NCBI GenBank assembly: GCA_043779265.1
Contig: JAYWEM010000005.1
Span: 1 to 14,986, forward strand
Direction: 5' to 3'
Length of the DNA: 14,986 bases
Source of the DNA: a bacterium
Lineage (GTDB): Bacteria > Eisenbacteria > RBG-16-71-46
The position numbers and the translations under genes are program-made. The notes under the pieces were generated by a model that searched no databases, was not told the origin of the DNA, and saw nothing but the letters and a program-made list of their open reading frames with translations. Shown here piece after piece: positions 6,680 to 14,986 of the stretch; the first letter of the stretch is position 1; every line of letters starts with the position of its first letter.

Positions 6680-7945
6680 TCACCCGATCGCCAGCTGAAT
6701 CCACAACCAGAGCTTGCGCGTGTTGTACGAGAAGCCGTCCTCGCGGAAGAAGGCGGCCTTCGCGCCGACGGTCGGCCCCGCGGGCGTCTTCCAGGTGGCC
6801 AGCGCGTCCAGTTCGGTGCCGTAGCGCTGGCTCGATCCGTCGGCGCGGTACCAGTGATGAACCACTTGCACGAGATAGGCGCCGGGCCGTGCGATCAGGT
6901 CAACATAGGAGTCACGGAGCCCATGCGTCGGCGTCGTGAGGAAGCGATCCGCCCAACCGTTGAAGCCATGCAAGGTGGCGAGGGGCGTGGTGAGTCGGCC
7001 CTCGGCAGGCGTCCCACCCAGCACCTCCTGCCCGAGACGCACTTCGACCGGCATCGCACCGGCGCCGGTCGCGAGTGAGCCTGCGATCCCGGCTTCGATT
7101 CGGTGGAGAAGCGCATCGACCGGATTCGGATTGCGGGCCACGTCACGTTGCCGCGCGAGTTCGAAGTCGAACGGCATCCGCCAGTTCCCGAGCGGAGCGG
7201 AACCACCCGCGCGGGCGCCGAGCGTGCCGGTGGAGAGTCCCGCCTGCGGGACATCCAGGTAATCGAGATGGACGTAGTAGGCCGTGGCGGTGAGCTTGGC
7301 GGTGGGCGCCACCGAGACGCTGACCACGTGCGAGTTCATGCGGTGCACATCCCCGAAGACGCGGTTCGCGCGACCGAGCCAGGCATACGTGAGGGTCGTG
7401 CGCGGCAGAGATGTGCAGACGAGCGAGGCGCCATCGAACGACTGCTGGTGCTGCCTCCAGCCGACCGGACCGACCCAGCGCTGGTTGTCGAGGGCGAGCG
7501 ACATGCGACCCGCACGGACCGTGGTCTGCGAGTCCACCGCATAGGCGAGATTCGCCTGCAGAATCGACGTGAGCGCCGGGTCCGCGATGCCCGGGCGACC
7601 AGTGATGCCGTTCGACAGTGAACCTGCGCCGCGATTGTCGTAGAAGCGATCCCCGAACACGGCAGCCACGTTCTCGAACTCGGCGAGCGCGCGGAACTTC
7701 CTGTAGGGGGCCGTGCGGTAGGCGAGGGCCGAGCGCAGGGTCGTGGCATGTGCGATGTCACCTCGGACCGGGGGGGCGTCGTCGCCGACCGTCTCGTGCC
7801 GCAGACGCAACTGGAGGGTCGTCGAGCCCAGTCGCAGAGCCTCGAGCGGCGAGGCTGCCTCGGCGTGGGCTGATCGGGCTGCGGCGGCGAACAGCATCAG
7901 AGTGAGACACGCCGTGACGGCGTGCCGAGAGCCAGCCGGGGACAT
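6680..7945 (-). CDS. Alginate export family-like outer-membrane beta-barrel protein
   Basis: ATG 7945 follows GGAGGT. Signal peptide ends ..ARSAHA|E. Motifs LRLRHETV, RAGRMSLALDNQRWVGPVGWRQHQQSFDG, TPLATLHGFNGWADRFL and YGTELD, with a C-terminal amphipathic strand KLWLWIQLAIG. Confidence 0.8.
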   Translation of the reverse strand: MSPAGSRHAVTACLTLMLFAAAARSAHAEAASPLEALRLGSTTLQLRLRHETVGDDAPPVRGDIAHATTLRSALAYRTAPYRKFRALAEFENVAAVFGDRFYDNRGAGSLSNGITGRPGIADPALTSILQANLAYAVDSQTTVRAGRMSLALDNQRWVGPVGWRQHQQSFDGASLVCTSLPRTTLTYAWLGRANRVFGDVHRMNSHVVSVSVAPTAKLTATAYYVHLDYLDVPQAGLSTGTLGARAGGSAPLGNWRMPFDFELARQRDVARNPNPVDALLHRIEAGIAGSLATGAGAMPVEVRLGQEVLGGTPAEGRLTTPLATLHGFNGWADRFLTTPTHGLRDSYVDLIARPGAYLVQVVHHWYRADGSSQRYGTELDALATWKTPAGPTVGAKAAFFREDGFSYNTRKLWLWIQLAIG

Positions 7946-8024
7946 GCGACCTCCGCGAGGACATGGAGCAGAGCGACATCGACACTTCCTTGTTGAAGTT
8001 GCCATCTCGTAGCACATTGAGTCG

Positions 8025-8714
8025 ATGCGACCTTCGGATACCTCGCCATGGACGACGCCCGCCTCGGTCGAGGGCTTCGCCTCTGCTTCCCCGAACGCCG
8101 TGCTCATGCGCCTCGCCACGGTTGAGGCGGAGCGTGTGCCCAACGGCCGTGCGCTCGACATCGGTTGCGGTGCCGGTCGCAACGCCCTGCCGCTGGCGCA
8201 GATGGGATGGGAGGTGTTCGGCGTCGACTCTTCGGGCCCCATGCTCACCGCTTCCTCGGATCGGGCGAGTGACGCGTCGACCGCAGCGCGCCTTCATCTG
8301 ATGAGAGCGACGATGGATCGCCTGCCGATTCGAGACGATAGCTGCGACCTGCTGATCGCTCATGGCATCTGGAATCTGGCACGCTCGACGGACGAGTTCC
8401 GCCGGGCGGTCCGCGAGGCGGCACGAGTCGCGCGGAGCGGGGCGAGCCTGTTCGTCTTCACGTTCTCGAGAAGCACGCTGGCACCCGAGGTTGCTCCCGT
8501 CCCCAATGAGGAGTTCGTGTACACGCAGTTCTCCGGGCAACCACAGTGCTTTCTCACCGCATCACAACTGGTCGCCGAACTGGGTGACGCCGGGTTCCAG
8601 TCGCACGCGGGCGTCACGCTCACCGAGTACAACCGCCCGGGGCGCCCAGCGCTCCCGATGAGTGGGGCGAGCGGCCCCGCGATCCTCGAAGCCGCTTTCC
8701 GGTTCGTGGGCTGA
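8025..8714 (+). CDS. Class I SAM-dependent methyltransferase
   Basis: Motif I ALDIGCGAGRNA, then VFGVDSS..ML, LPIRDDSCDLLI and REAARVARSGA. Confidence 0.9.
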   Translation: MRPSDTSPWTTPASVEGFASASPNAVLMRLATVEAERVPNGRALDIGCGAGRNALPLAQMGWEVFGVDSSGPMLTASSDRASDASTAARLHLMRATMDRLPIRDDSCDLLIAHGIWNLARSTDEFRRAVREAARVARSGASLFVFTFSRSTLAPEVAPVPNEEFVYTQFSGQPQCFLTASQLVAELGDAGFQSHAGVTLTEYNRPGRPALPMSGASGPAILEAAFRFVG

Positions 8715-8736
8715 GCCTGTATCGGGATCTTCTCGA

Positions 8737-10002
8737 TCACGATCTCGTGGTCGTGCGTGTGGAATCAGTACGCGAGGCAGCCCGCGCGATGAGCCAGGCG
8801 ATGGGCAGCCCCACGAGTGAGATAGCCGCCATGATCGCGAACGCCTGTGAGTAGCCCGAGCCGACGATCAAGCGGCCGACCATGAGTACCGCCCAGGCCT
8901 CGCAGGCGTTCGTCGCGGCCATGTAGCTGCTGAACTGCGTCGCGCCCAACGCCGGGTCGGTCAGCTCCATGAAGAGTGCGTAGGACGCGGCGGTGAACAC
9001 GCCGATGCCGAGATAGACCACGGTGAGCAGCCCGAACGTGAGCAGAGTGCCGACACTCGGTTGTGCGGCCAGCGTCAGGATGGCGACTGCCAAGGCCATG
9101 AGCGCGAACCCGGCGGTGCGCGCGCGTCCGAGCCGATCGGCGATCGCCCCACCGATGAACCCACCCGTCACGGTGGCGATGATGACCGGAAGCGCCAGGA
9201 ACATCCCGATGGCCGAAGCGCTCTGGCCGCGATCGACGAGGAAGGGCCCCGCGACCGCGCCCACCGACTCGAAGCCCGCGCCTGCGCCTGCGACGAGTGC
9301 GAAGGCGAGCCCGAGCCAGGTGGTACGCCGCGAGAGCGCGAGCCGAAGCGAGTGCAGCATCCCCGCCGGCGCCGAACGGACCAACGCGCCCTCACGCGCG
9401 AACGCGAGCAGCGTGAGCGTTCCGCCGATGACCACGATGAGTCCTGCGGGCACGGCGCGCGGATCGAGTCGACTGGCCACGACCAGTGCCAAACCGCCGA
9501 ACAGCGAGCGGCCGAGCAGCATACCCGCTTGCATCCAGGCATTGAGCTCACCGCGCTTGCCCTCAGGCGTCGTCGCGATCGCCAGTCCATCGATCGCGAC
9601 ATCCTGCGTCGCGGCTGCGAACGAGTGCACCAGTAGCCACGCGACGATCCACCGGAAATCGCGCGCCGGATCGAGCAGCAGCAAAGGCACCAGCGCCAGC
9701 GCCATCGCGCACTGGGCGAACACGGCCCAGCGCCGGTAGGTCAGACCGCGGCTCCTCGAGGCATCGACCAGCGGCGCCCACAGGAACTTGAGCGTCCAGG
9801 GCAGCACGAGCAGCGCGGTCAGCTGCGTGATCTGGTCCACCGGCACGCCCGCCAGACGCAGTTGCGTCGGCAGGTACCATCAGATGAACCCGATCGGCGC
9901 GCCCTCGGCGAAGTAGAGCGCACCGAACAGCAGTCGCCGCCTGCCGGGCGTGGCGAGGGGATTCCAGGCGGCAGGTCGTGACGAGTCGGATGGAAGGCGC
10001 AC
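8737..10002 (-). pseudogene. AmpG/RhtX-like MFS transporter with a single in-frame TGA (9880-9882)
   Basis: The frame continues upstream of the ORF-track start: GTG 10002 gives MRLPSDSSRPAAWNPLATPGRRRLLFGALYFAEGAPIGFI*WYLPTQLRLAGVPVDQIT. Family motifs LPWTLKFLWAPLVD, AATQDVAIDGLA, GGAIADRLG and ATQFSSYMA are present. The start position is uncertain. Confidence 0.75.
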
Positions 10003-10120
10003 GTACGAACCGTGCCGGATTGGGAGCAGTGTCGCAAGACTTCGTGTCACAGGATGTTCGGCTCGAGAGATCCAGCCTTCGCGCCTTACGCGCTTGCCAG
10101 CGATGGGCTAGATTCTCTCG

Positions 10121-12823
10121 ATGCCCCTGACCGCAGGTACCAAGCTCGGCCCCTACGAGATCGTCGCGCCCTTGGGCGCCGGAGGGATGGGCGAGGTCTA
10201 TCGCGCCCGTGATACCCGGCTCGGCCGTGATGTCGCCGTCAAGGTGCTGCCGCTGCACTTGTCGTCGAACCCCGAGGTCCGTGCCCGATTCGAGCGTGAG
10301 GCCAAGACGATCTCGAGCCTCAATCACCCGCACGTCTGCACGCTGTTCGATGTGGGGCGGGAAGGTGACACCGACTTCCTGGTGATGGAGCTGATCGAGG
10401 GTGAGACGCTGGCGCAGCGGCTGGCCAAGGGCGCGCTGCCACCCGCCGACGTGCTCAGACTCGGCGCGCAGATCGCCGATGCGCTCGACCGCGCGCACCG
10501 TGCGGGCGTCATCCATCGCGACCTGAAGCCCGGCAACGTGATGCTCACCAAGAGCGGCGCCAAGCTGATGGACTTCGGCCTGGCGCGGGCCACGGGCCTC
10601 GCGGGCCCCGGCGGTGCGAGCGGCCTCACGCAAGCGGCGCTGACGCAGTCGCCGACCGTGGCGGCGCCGCTGACGACCGAGGGCACCATCCTCGGCACGT
10701 TCCAGTACATGGCACCCGAGCAACTCGAGGGCAAGGAGACCGACGCGCGCAGCGACCTGTGGGCGTTGGGCTGCGTGCTCTATGAGATGGCGACCGGCAG
10801 GCGCGCGTTCGAGGGTCGAAGTCAGGCGAGCTTGATCAGCGCCATCATGGATCGGCAGCCCGAGCCGATCTCGAAGCTCGTGCCCTTGAGCCCGGCGGGG
10901 CTCGATCGCTTGACGAGTCAGTGCCTCGCGAAGGACCCCGAGGATCGCTGGCAGAACGCAGGCGACCTGCGTCGCGAACTCCAATGGCTGGCCTCGGAAG
11001 GTCCCGGCGTCGCCCCGGTGGCACGTGGAGGCAATGCTTCCCGTGTACGCTTGATCCCGGTCGCACTGGGCGCGGCCGCGCTGATCGCAGTCACGGCCAT
11101 CGTCACGGGTCTTCTCATGTCGCGTGGGTCCAACAGACCCGACACGGCAGTGCGACTCACGCTGTCGGTGCCCTCGGGAACACGGTTCGCCCATGACGTG
11201 CTCGCTTCCGGGACTCCGTCTCTCTCGCCCGATGCCACTCGCATCATCTTCGGCGCGGTGGATTCGCTCGGCCATCGGCGACTGTGGGTCCGTTCCTTCG
11301 ATTCGTTCGAGTCACACCCCATCCCCGGAACCGACGGTGGCTCGATGCCCTGCTGGTCCCCGGATGGCCGCTTCATCGCATTCTTCTCCGGTGAGCGGCT
11401 GTTGAAACTCGATCCCGCCGGAGGCGCGCCCCAGGTCCTCGCCTCGATCGGCGGCGGGCGTGGCGTCACGTGGGGTCGAGGCGGGACCATCCTCTTCGCT
11501 CCAAGCGCCAACTCGGGGGTGTTCCGGATCTCCGATCAGGGAGGGCCGGCAACCCAGGTCACTTTTCCCGACTCCACCCTGGCTGACATCTCCCATCGCT
11601 ATCCGCTTCTACTACCGGACGGCGATCATTTCCTCTTCCTCGTCCACAGCAACGCCCAGAACGTTCGAGAGTCGGCTTGCGGCATCCACCTGGGGTCGCT
11701 TCGCACGGGGAAGATCCGGCTTCTCGCACGCGATTTCTCCAATACCGGGTGGATGCCTGGGCACGTCCTGTTCGCTCGCGACGGTGCGTTGGTCGCCGTT
11801 CCCTTCGATCTGCGACGCCTGACGTTCGACGGGGCGCCGCGCGTGGTGGCGGAACGCGTGGGCTACCGAGGGGCCGGGAGTCTCGCTTCCTTCACGGTTT
11901 CCGCCTCGGGTGCTGTGGCTTACTCCGATCAGGCCTCCTCGTCCCGGAGTCGGCTCGATTGGCTCGACAGGTCGGGAATGAGTCGCGATTCGATGGTCAG
12001 CGGGCCTATATCGAGTCTGCAACTCTCGCGGGATGGCCGTTGGTTGGCGCTCAGCACCGAACTGGATACGGGCGGGTCCGATCTGTGGGTGATCGACCTC
12101 GTACGCCGATCGCGCTCGCGCATGGTCGCATGGGCATCGAACGAGTCGAATCCCGTCTGGTCCCCGGATGGAACGCGCCTGCTCTTCGGCTCGGACAGTT
12201 CGGGAACGCGAGGCACCTACCTCATGCGACTCGATGGTAGTTCGCAGCTGACGAGACTGATTCCACCGACTCGACCGAACGATCCCGCCGACTGGTCAGC
12301 GGATGGCCTGTCGATCGCCTACTTGCAGAGCCCTTTCGTGGGCGGGGACCGGGACCGCTCGGAGATCTGGCTCCACTCGTTCGAAGATGGTCGCTCGACG
12401 CCACTCGTGCAGGGGGACGCGTCGTACGAGTCGCCGCGCTTCTCGCCAGATGGCGCGTGGCTCGCCTACGTCTCCAACGAGTCCGGACGCGACGAAGTCC
12501 ACGTGCGGCCGGTGTCGACCTCCGGCGGGCGCACGCAGATCTCAGTGGACGGGGGTGACCAACCGAGATGGCGAGCCGACGGCGCCGAGATCGTCTTCCG
12601 TTCGTCCACCGGGAACATCATGGCGGTGGATGTGAATCCGAAGTCGCCCTCTGATGCCGGCGTTCCGAAGCGGTTGTTCACGCTGCCCGCCGACGCCGTG
12701 TGGGATGCCTTCTCCGACCATCAACGATTCCTGGTCGCCCGCCCTGCCGATGACGACCAGACCACGCCGCTGAAGATCATTCTCGGATGGTCTGCCGACC
12801 GATCGAGGGCAAAGCCGAAGTGA
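10121..12823 (+). CDS. Hanks-type Ser/Thr protein kinase with TM helix and TolB-like (PD40) beta-propeller ectodomain
   Basis: LGAGGMGEVY, VAVK, HRDLKPGN, DFG, YMAPE and SDLWALG; TM segment LIPVALGAAALIAVTAIVTGLLM; repeated WSPDG/FSPDG motifs. Confidence 0.95.
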   Translation: MPLTAGTKLGPYEIVAPLGAGGMGEVYRARDTRLGRDVAVKVLPLHLSSNPEVRARFEREAKTISSLNHPHVCTLFDVGREGDTDFLVMELIEGETLAQRLAKGALPPADVLRLGAQIADALDRAHRAGVIHRDLKPGNVMLTKSGAKLMDFGLARATGLAGPGGASGLTQAALTQSPTVAAPLTTEGTILGTFQYMAPEQLEGKETDARSDLWALGCVLYEMATGRRAFEGRSQASLISAIMDRQPEPISKLVPLSPAGLDRLTSQCLAKDPEDRWQNAGDLRRELQWLASEGPGVAPVARGGNASRVRLIPVALGAAALIAVTAIVTGLLMSRGSNRPDTAVRLTLSVPSGTRFAHDVLASGTPSLSPDATRIIFGAVDSLGHRRLWVRSFDSFESHPIPGTDGGSMPCWSPDGRFIAFFSGERLLKLDPAGGAPQVLASIGGGRGVTWGRGGTILFAPSANSGVFRISDQGGPATQVTFPDSTLADISHRYPLLLPDGDHFLFLVHSNAQNVRESACGIHLGSLRTGKIRLLARDFSNTGWMPGHVLFARDGALVAVPFDLRRLTFDGAPRVVAERVGYRGAGSLASFTVSASGAVAYSDQASSSRSRLDWLDRSGMSRDSMVSGPISSLQLSRDGRWLALSTELDTGGSDLWVIDLVRRSRSRMVAWASNESNPVWSPDGTRLLFGSDSSGTRGTYLMRLDGSSQLTRLIPPTRPNDPADWSADGLSIAYLQSPFVGGDRDRSEIWLHSFEDGRSTPLVQGDASYESPRFSPDGAWLAYVSNESGRDEVHVRPVSTSGGRTQISVDGGDQPRWRADGAEIVFRSSTGNIMAVDVNPKSPSDAGVPKRLFTLPADAVWDAFSDHQRFLVARPADDDQTTPLKIILGWSADRSRAKPK

Positions 12824-13490
12824 CACTCACCCCCGGTACCCGGCTCGGCCCCTATGAGATCGTCGCGCCCTTGGGCGCGGGCGGCATGGGCGAGGTCTAC
12901 CGCGCCCGCGACACCCGGCTCGGCCGCGAAGTCGCCGTCAAGGTGCTGCCGCAGCACCTCTCGGCCGACGCTGAGCTGCGCGCTCGCTTCGAGCGCGAGG
13001 CCAAGACCATCTCGTCCCTGAACCACCCGCACATCTGCACGCTGTTCGATGTCGGGCGGGAGGGAGACACCGACTTCCTGGTGATGGAGCTGGTCGAAGG
13101 GGAGACGCTCGCCGAACGGCTCACCAAGGGGGCGATGCCCACCGCCGAGGTGATGCGCCTGGGCGGTCAGATCGCCGATGCGCTCGACCGTGCGCACCGT
13201 GCCGGCGTCATCCACCGCGACCTGAAGCCCGGCAATGTCATGCTCGCCAAGAGCGGCGCCAAGCTGATGGACTTCGGCCTGGCGCGAGCCACCGGCATGG
13301 CGGGTCCCGGTGGCACTTCCGGCGTGACCCTGGCCGCACTCACGCAATCGCCCACAGTCGCTCAGGCGCTGACGACCGAGGGCACCCTGATCGGCACGTT
13401 CCAGTACATGTCGCCCGAGCAGTTGGAAGGGCGCGAAGCCGACGCGCGCAGCGACCTGTGGGCGCTCGGCTGTGTACTGCACGAGATGGT
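10121..13490 (+). repeat. Dispersed direct repeat: paralogous kinase domains (about 10121-10790 and 12820-13490)
   Basis: The two copies are collinear at a constant 2699-nt offset with long identical runs, e.g. GAGATCGTCGCGCCCTTGGGCGC, CACCGACTTCCTGGTGATGGAGCTG and CCAAGAGCGGCGCCAAGCTGATGGACTTCGGCCTGGCGCG. Confidence 0.9.
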
Positions 13491-14986
13491 GACCAGCGAG
13501 CGGACGTTCTCGGGCTCCAGTCAGGCGTCGCTGATCTCCTCGATCATGAAGGACACGCCGCGGCCACTCTCCGAAGCGGCACCGCTGAGCCCGCCCGCAC
13601 TCGGTCGGTTGACCGCCGCCTGCCTCGCCAAGGACCCCGAGGAGCGCCTGCAGACGGCCCACGATGTGCGGTTGCAGCTCTCGTGGATCGCGGAGGCCGG
13701 CTCGCTCGCAGGTGTCCCGGCACCGGTCGCAGTCTCACGCAAGCGTCGGGAATGGCTCGCCTGGTCGCTCGCCTCAGTCGCAATCGTGAGCACGCTCATT
13801 CTCGGCGTGCGCGCGATCCTCACTGCGCGAGAGGCCCCGAGTGCCGTGCAGAGCGTGATCGAGGTCCCGGAGAGCGCGAACCTCTCCGACTATTCGGGCA
13901 ATGTGATCCTCTCGCCGGATGGTCAGCATCTGGCGATCGCCGCCAGCGACTCCGCAGGCGCCGCGGCGCTCTGGATCCGCTCGCTCGCGGCCACGGACGC
14001 GGTGCGCGTACCCGGCACGGGGGCGGCGTGGTACCCGTTCTGGTCCTCGGACTCGCGGTTCGTCGTCTACTTCGATCCTGCCAGTAAGACGCTCAACAAA
14101 GTGGCGGTCGTCGGCGGCGCCCCCATCGCGATCGCCGATGCGCCCAACGGCCGAGGCGGCGCATGGAGCGCCGATGGGACGATCCTGTTCGCGCCCTCTT
14201 CCAGCGGGGCGATCATGCGCGTCTCGCCGAGCGGAGGCGATGTGTCTTCCGCGACGGCGCTCGACTCGGCGCGCGGACAGACGGCCCATCGATTCCCCAG
14301 CTTCCTTCCTGGCGGCCGGCACTTCCTGTTCTCGGCGATGCCGGGCCATGCGAAGGGCTGGGACATCTTCGTGGGATCACTCGGCAGTCTGGAGAGCAAG
14401 CGCTTGATGACCGCGCAGTCGACCCCGGTCTATGCGCACCCCGGCTACCTCGTGTTCCGGCGAGATGGCCGCGTCGTCGCTCAGCGATTCGATGCGGGCC
14501 GCCTCGAACTACAGGGCGAGCCCGTACCGATCACCACGGCGCCGCCACGATCCGATCTGGATGGGGATCCCGTCGCCTCGGTCTCCGAGAACGGCCGGAT
14601 GGCGGTGTTGCGGATGCAGCCTCCCGACGTGCGATTGAAGATGCTGGACGCCTCCGGGCAGGTGCGAGTCGATTTCCATCTTCCGATCGCCCCTTGGACG
14701 GTCGAGTGCATCTCCCCGGATGAATCCCGTGCCGTGCTCTCGCGGGAGCGTGAACTCTGGGTGGCGGACCTGGCCCGTTCGGTCCCGATGCGGTTCACGA
14801 CGGAGGCGGGCAGCGAAGCGACCGCTGCCTGGTCCCCGGACGGCGAACAGATCGCCTTCGTCAAGCAGGTCGACGGCCGCGAAGAGGTCCACGTCGCTGG
14901 TCTGGACGGCGTCTCGCGCCGCTTGCCCGCCAGTGACGACCCCTACCACTTGGTGAACGACTGGTCCCCGGACGGACGATTCCTCG
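12820..14986 (+). CDS. Second Hanks-type Ser/Thr kinase with TM helix and TolB-like beta-propeller (3' truncated by the window edge; absent from the ORF track)
   Basis: GTG 12820 overlaps the previous TGA. Reads MTLTPGTRLGPYEIVAPLGAGGMGEVY..VAVK..HRDLKPGN..DFG..YMSPE; TM segment WLAWSLASVAIVSTLILGVRAIL; LSPDG and WSPDG motifs. I read the frame open to position 14986. Confidence 0.95.
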   Translation, partial: MTLTPGTRLGPYEIVAPLGAGGMGEVYRARDTRLGREVAVKVLPQHLSADAELRARFEREAKTISSLNHPHICTLFDVGREGDTDFLVMELVEGETLAERLTKGAMPTAEVMRLGGQIADALDRAHRAGVIHRDLKPGNVMLAKSGAKLMDFGLARATGMAGPGGTSGVTLAALTQSPTVAQALTTEGTLIGTFQYMSPEQLEGREADARSDLWALGCVLHEMVTSERTFSGSSQASLISSIMKDTPRPLSEAAPLSPPALGRLTAACLAKDPEERLQTAHDVRLQLSWIAEAGSLAGVPAPVAVSRKRREWLAWSLASVAIVSTLILGVRAILTAREAPSAVQSVIEVPESANLSDYSGNVILSPDGQHLAIAASDSAGAAALWIRSLAATDAVRVPGTGAAWYPFWSSDSRFVVYFDPASKTLNKVAVVGGAPIAIADAPNGRGGAWSADGTILFAPSSSGAIMRVSPSGGDVSSATALDSARGQTAHRFPSFLPGGRHFLFSAMPGHAKGWDIFVGSLGSLESKRLMTAQSTPVYAHPGYLVFRRDGRVVAQRFDAGRLELQGEPVPITTAPPRSDLDGDPVASVSENGRMAVLRMQPPDVRLKMLDASGQVRVDFHLPIAPWTVECISPDESRAVLSRERELWVADLARSVPMRFTTEAGSEATAAWSPDGEQIAFVKQVDGREEVHVAGLDGVSRRLPASDDPYHLVNDWSPDGRFL

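Noticed and set aside
2856..9882. Genome-wide UGA reassignment (code 4 or 25), suggested by two in-frame TGAs
   Set aside because: TGA is the evident terminator of many intact genes here (ending at 82, 1647, 2144, 3083, 5084, 8714, 12823), and Trp is encoded by TGG throughout.
10029..10060. Imperfect direct repeat GTGTCGCAAGA / GTGTCACAGGA between the divergent MFS and kinase genes, as an operator or ECF -35 element
   Set aside because: Only 9 of 11 positions match and I found no convincing matching -10 element. Too weak to call.
9563..13662. Long antisense ORFs 9563..11275 (570 aa) and 12721..13662 (313 aa)
   Set aside because: They are shadow frames of the GC-rich kinase genes. They resemble each other only because the kinases do, and show no independent motifs.

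Overview
High-GC bacterial chromosomal window using the standard genetic code. I saw no mobile element, CRISPR array or RNA gene. In order it holds: the 3' end of a probable zinc-metallopeptidase gene overlapping a Ddl-like ATP-grasp ligase; a tightly packed + strand cluster (ACT-like protein, small membrane protein, secreted helix-hairpin-helix repeat protein, Rdx/SelW-family selenoprotein, cysteine desulfurase-like PLP enzyme lacking the catalytic Cys); a secreted hypothetical protein behind a sigma54-like promoter; a YceH/DUF480 protein; a SYLF/Ysc84 protein; an alginate-export-family porin; a SAM methyltransferase; an AmpG-like MFS transporter interrupted by an in-frame TGA; and two tandem Hanks-type Ser/Thr kinases with TolB-like beta-propeller ectodomains, the second running off the window. 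The main finding is the selenoprotein at 2826-3083, whose N-terminus the ORF track misses: it has a CxxU motif with an in-frame UGA and a bacterial SECIS-like hairpin, and it sits next to the Cys-less desulfurase homolog, a candidate selenium-handling module. All family calls come from motif recognition, not database searches.
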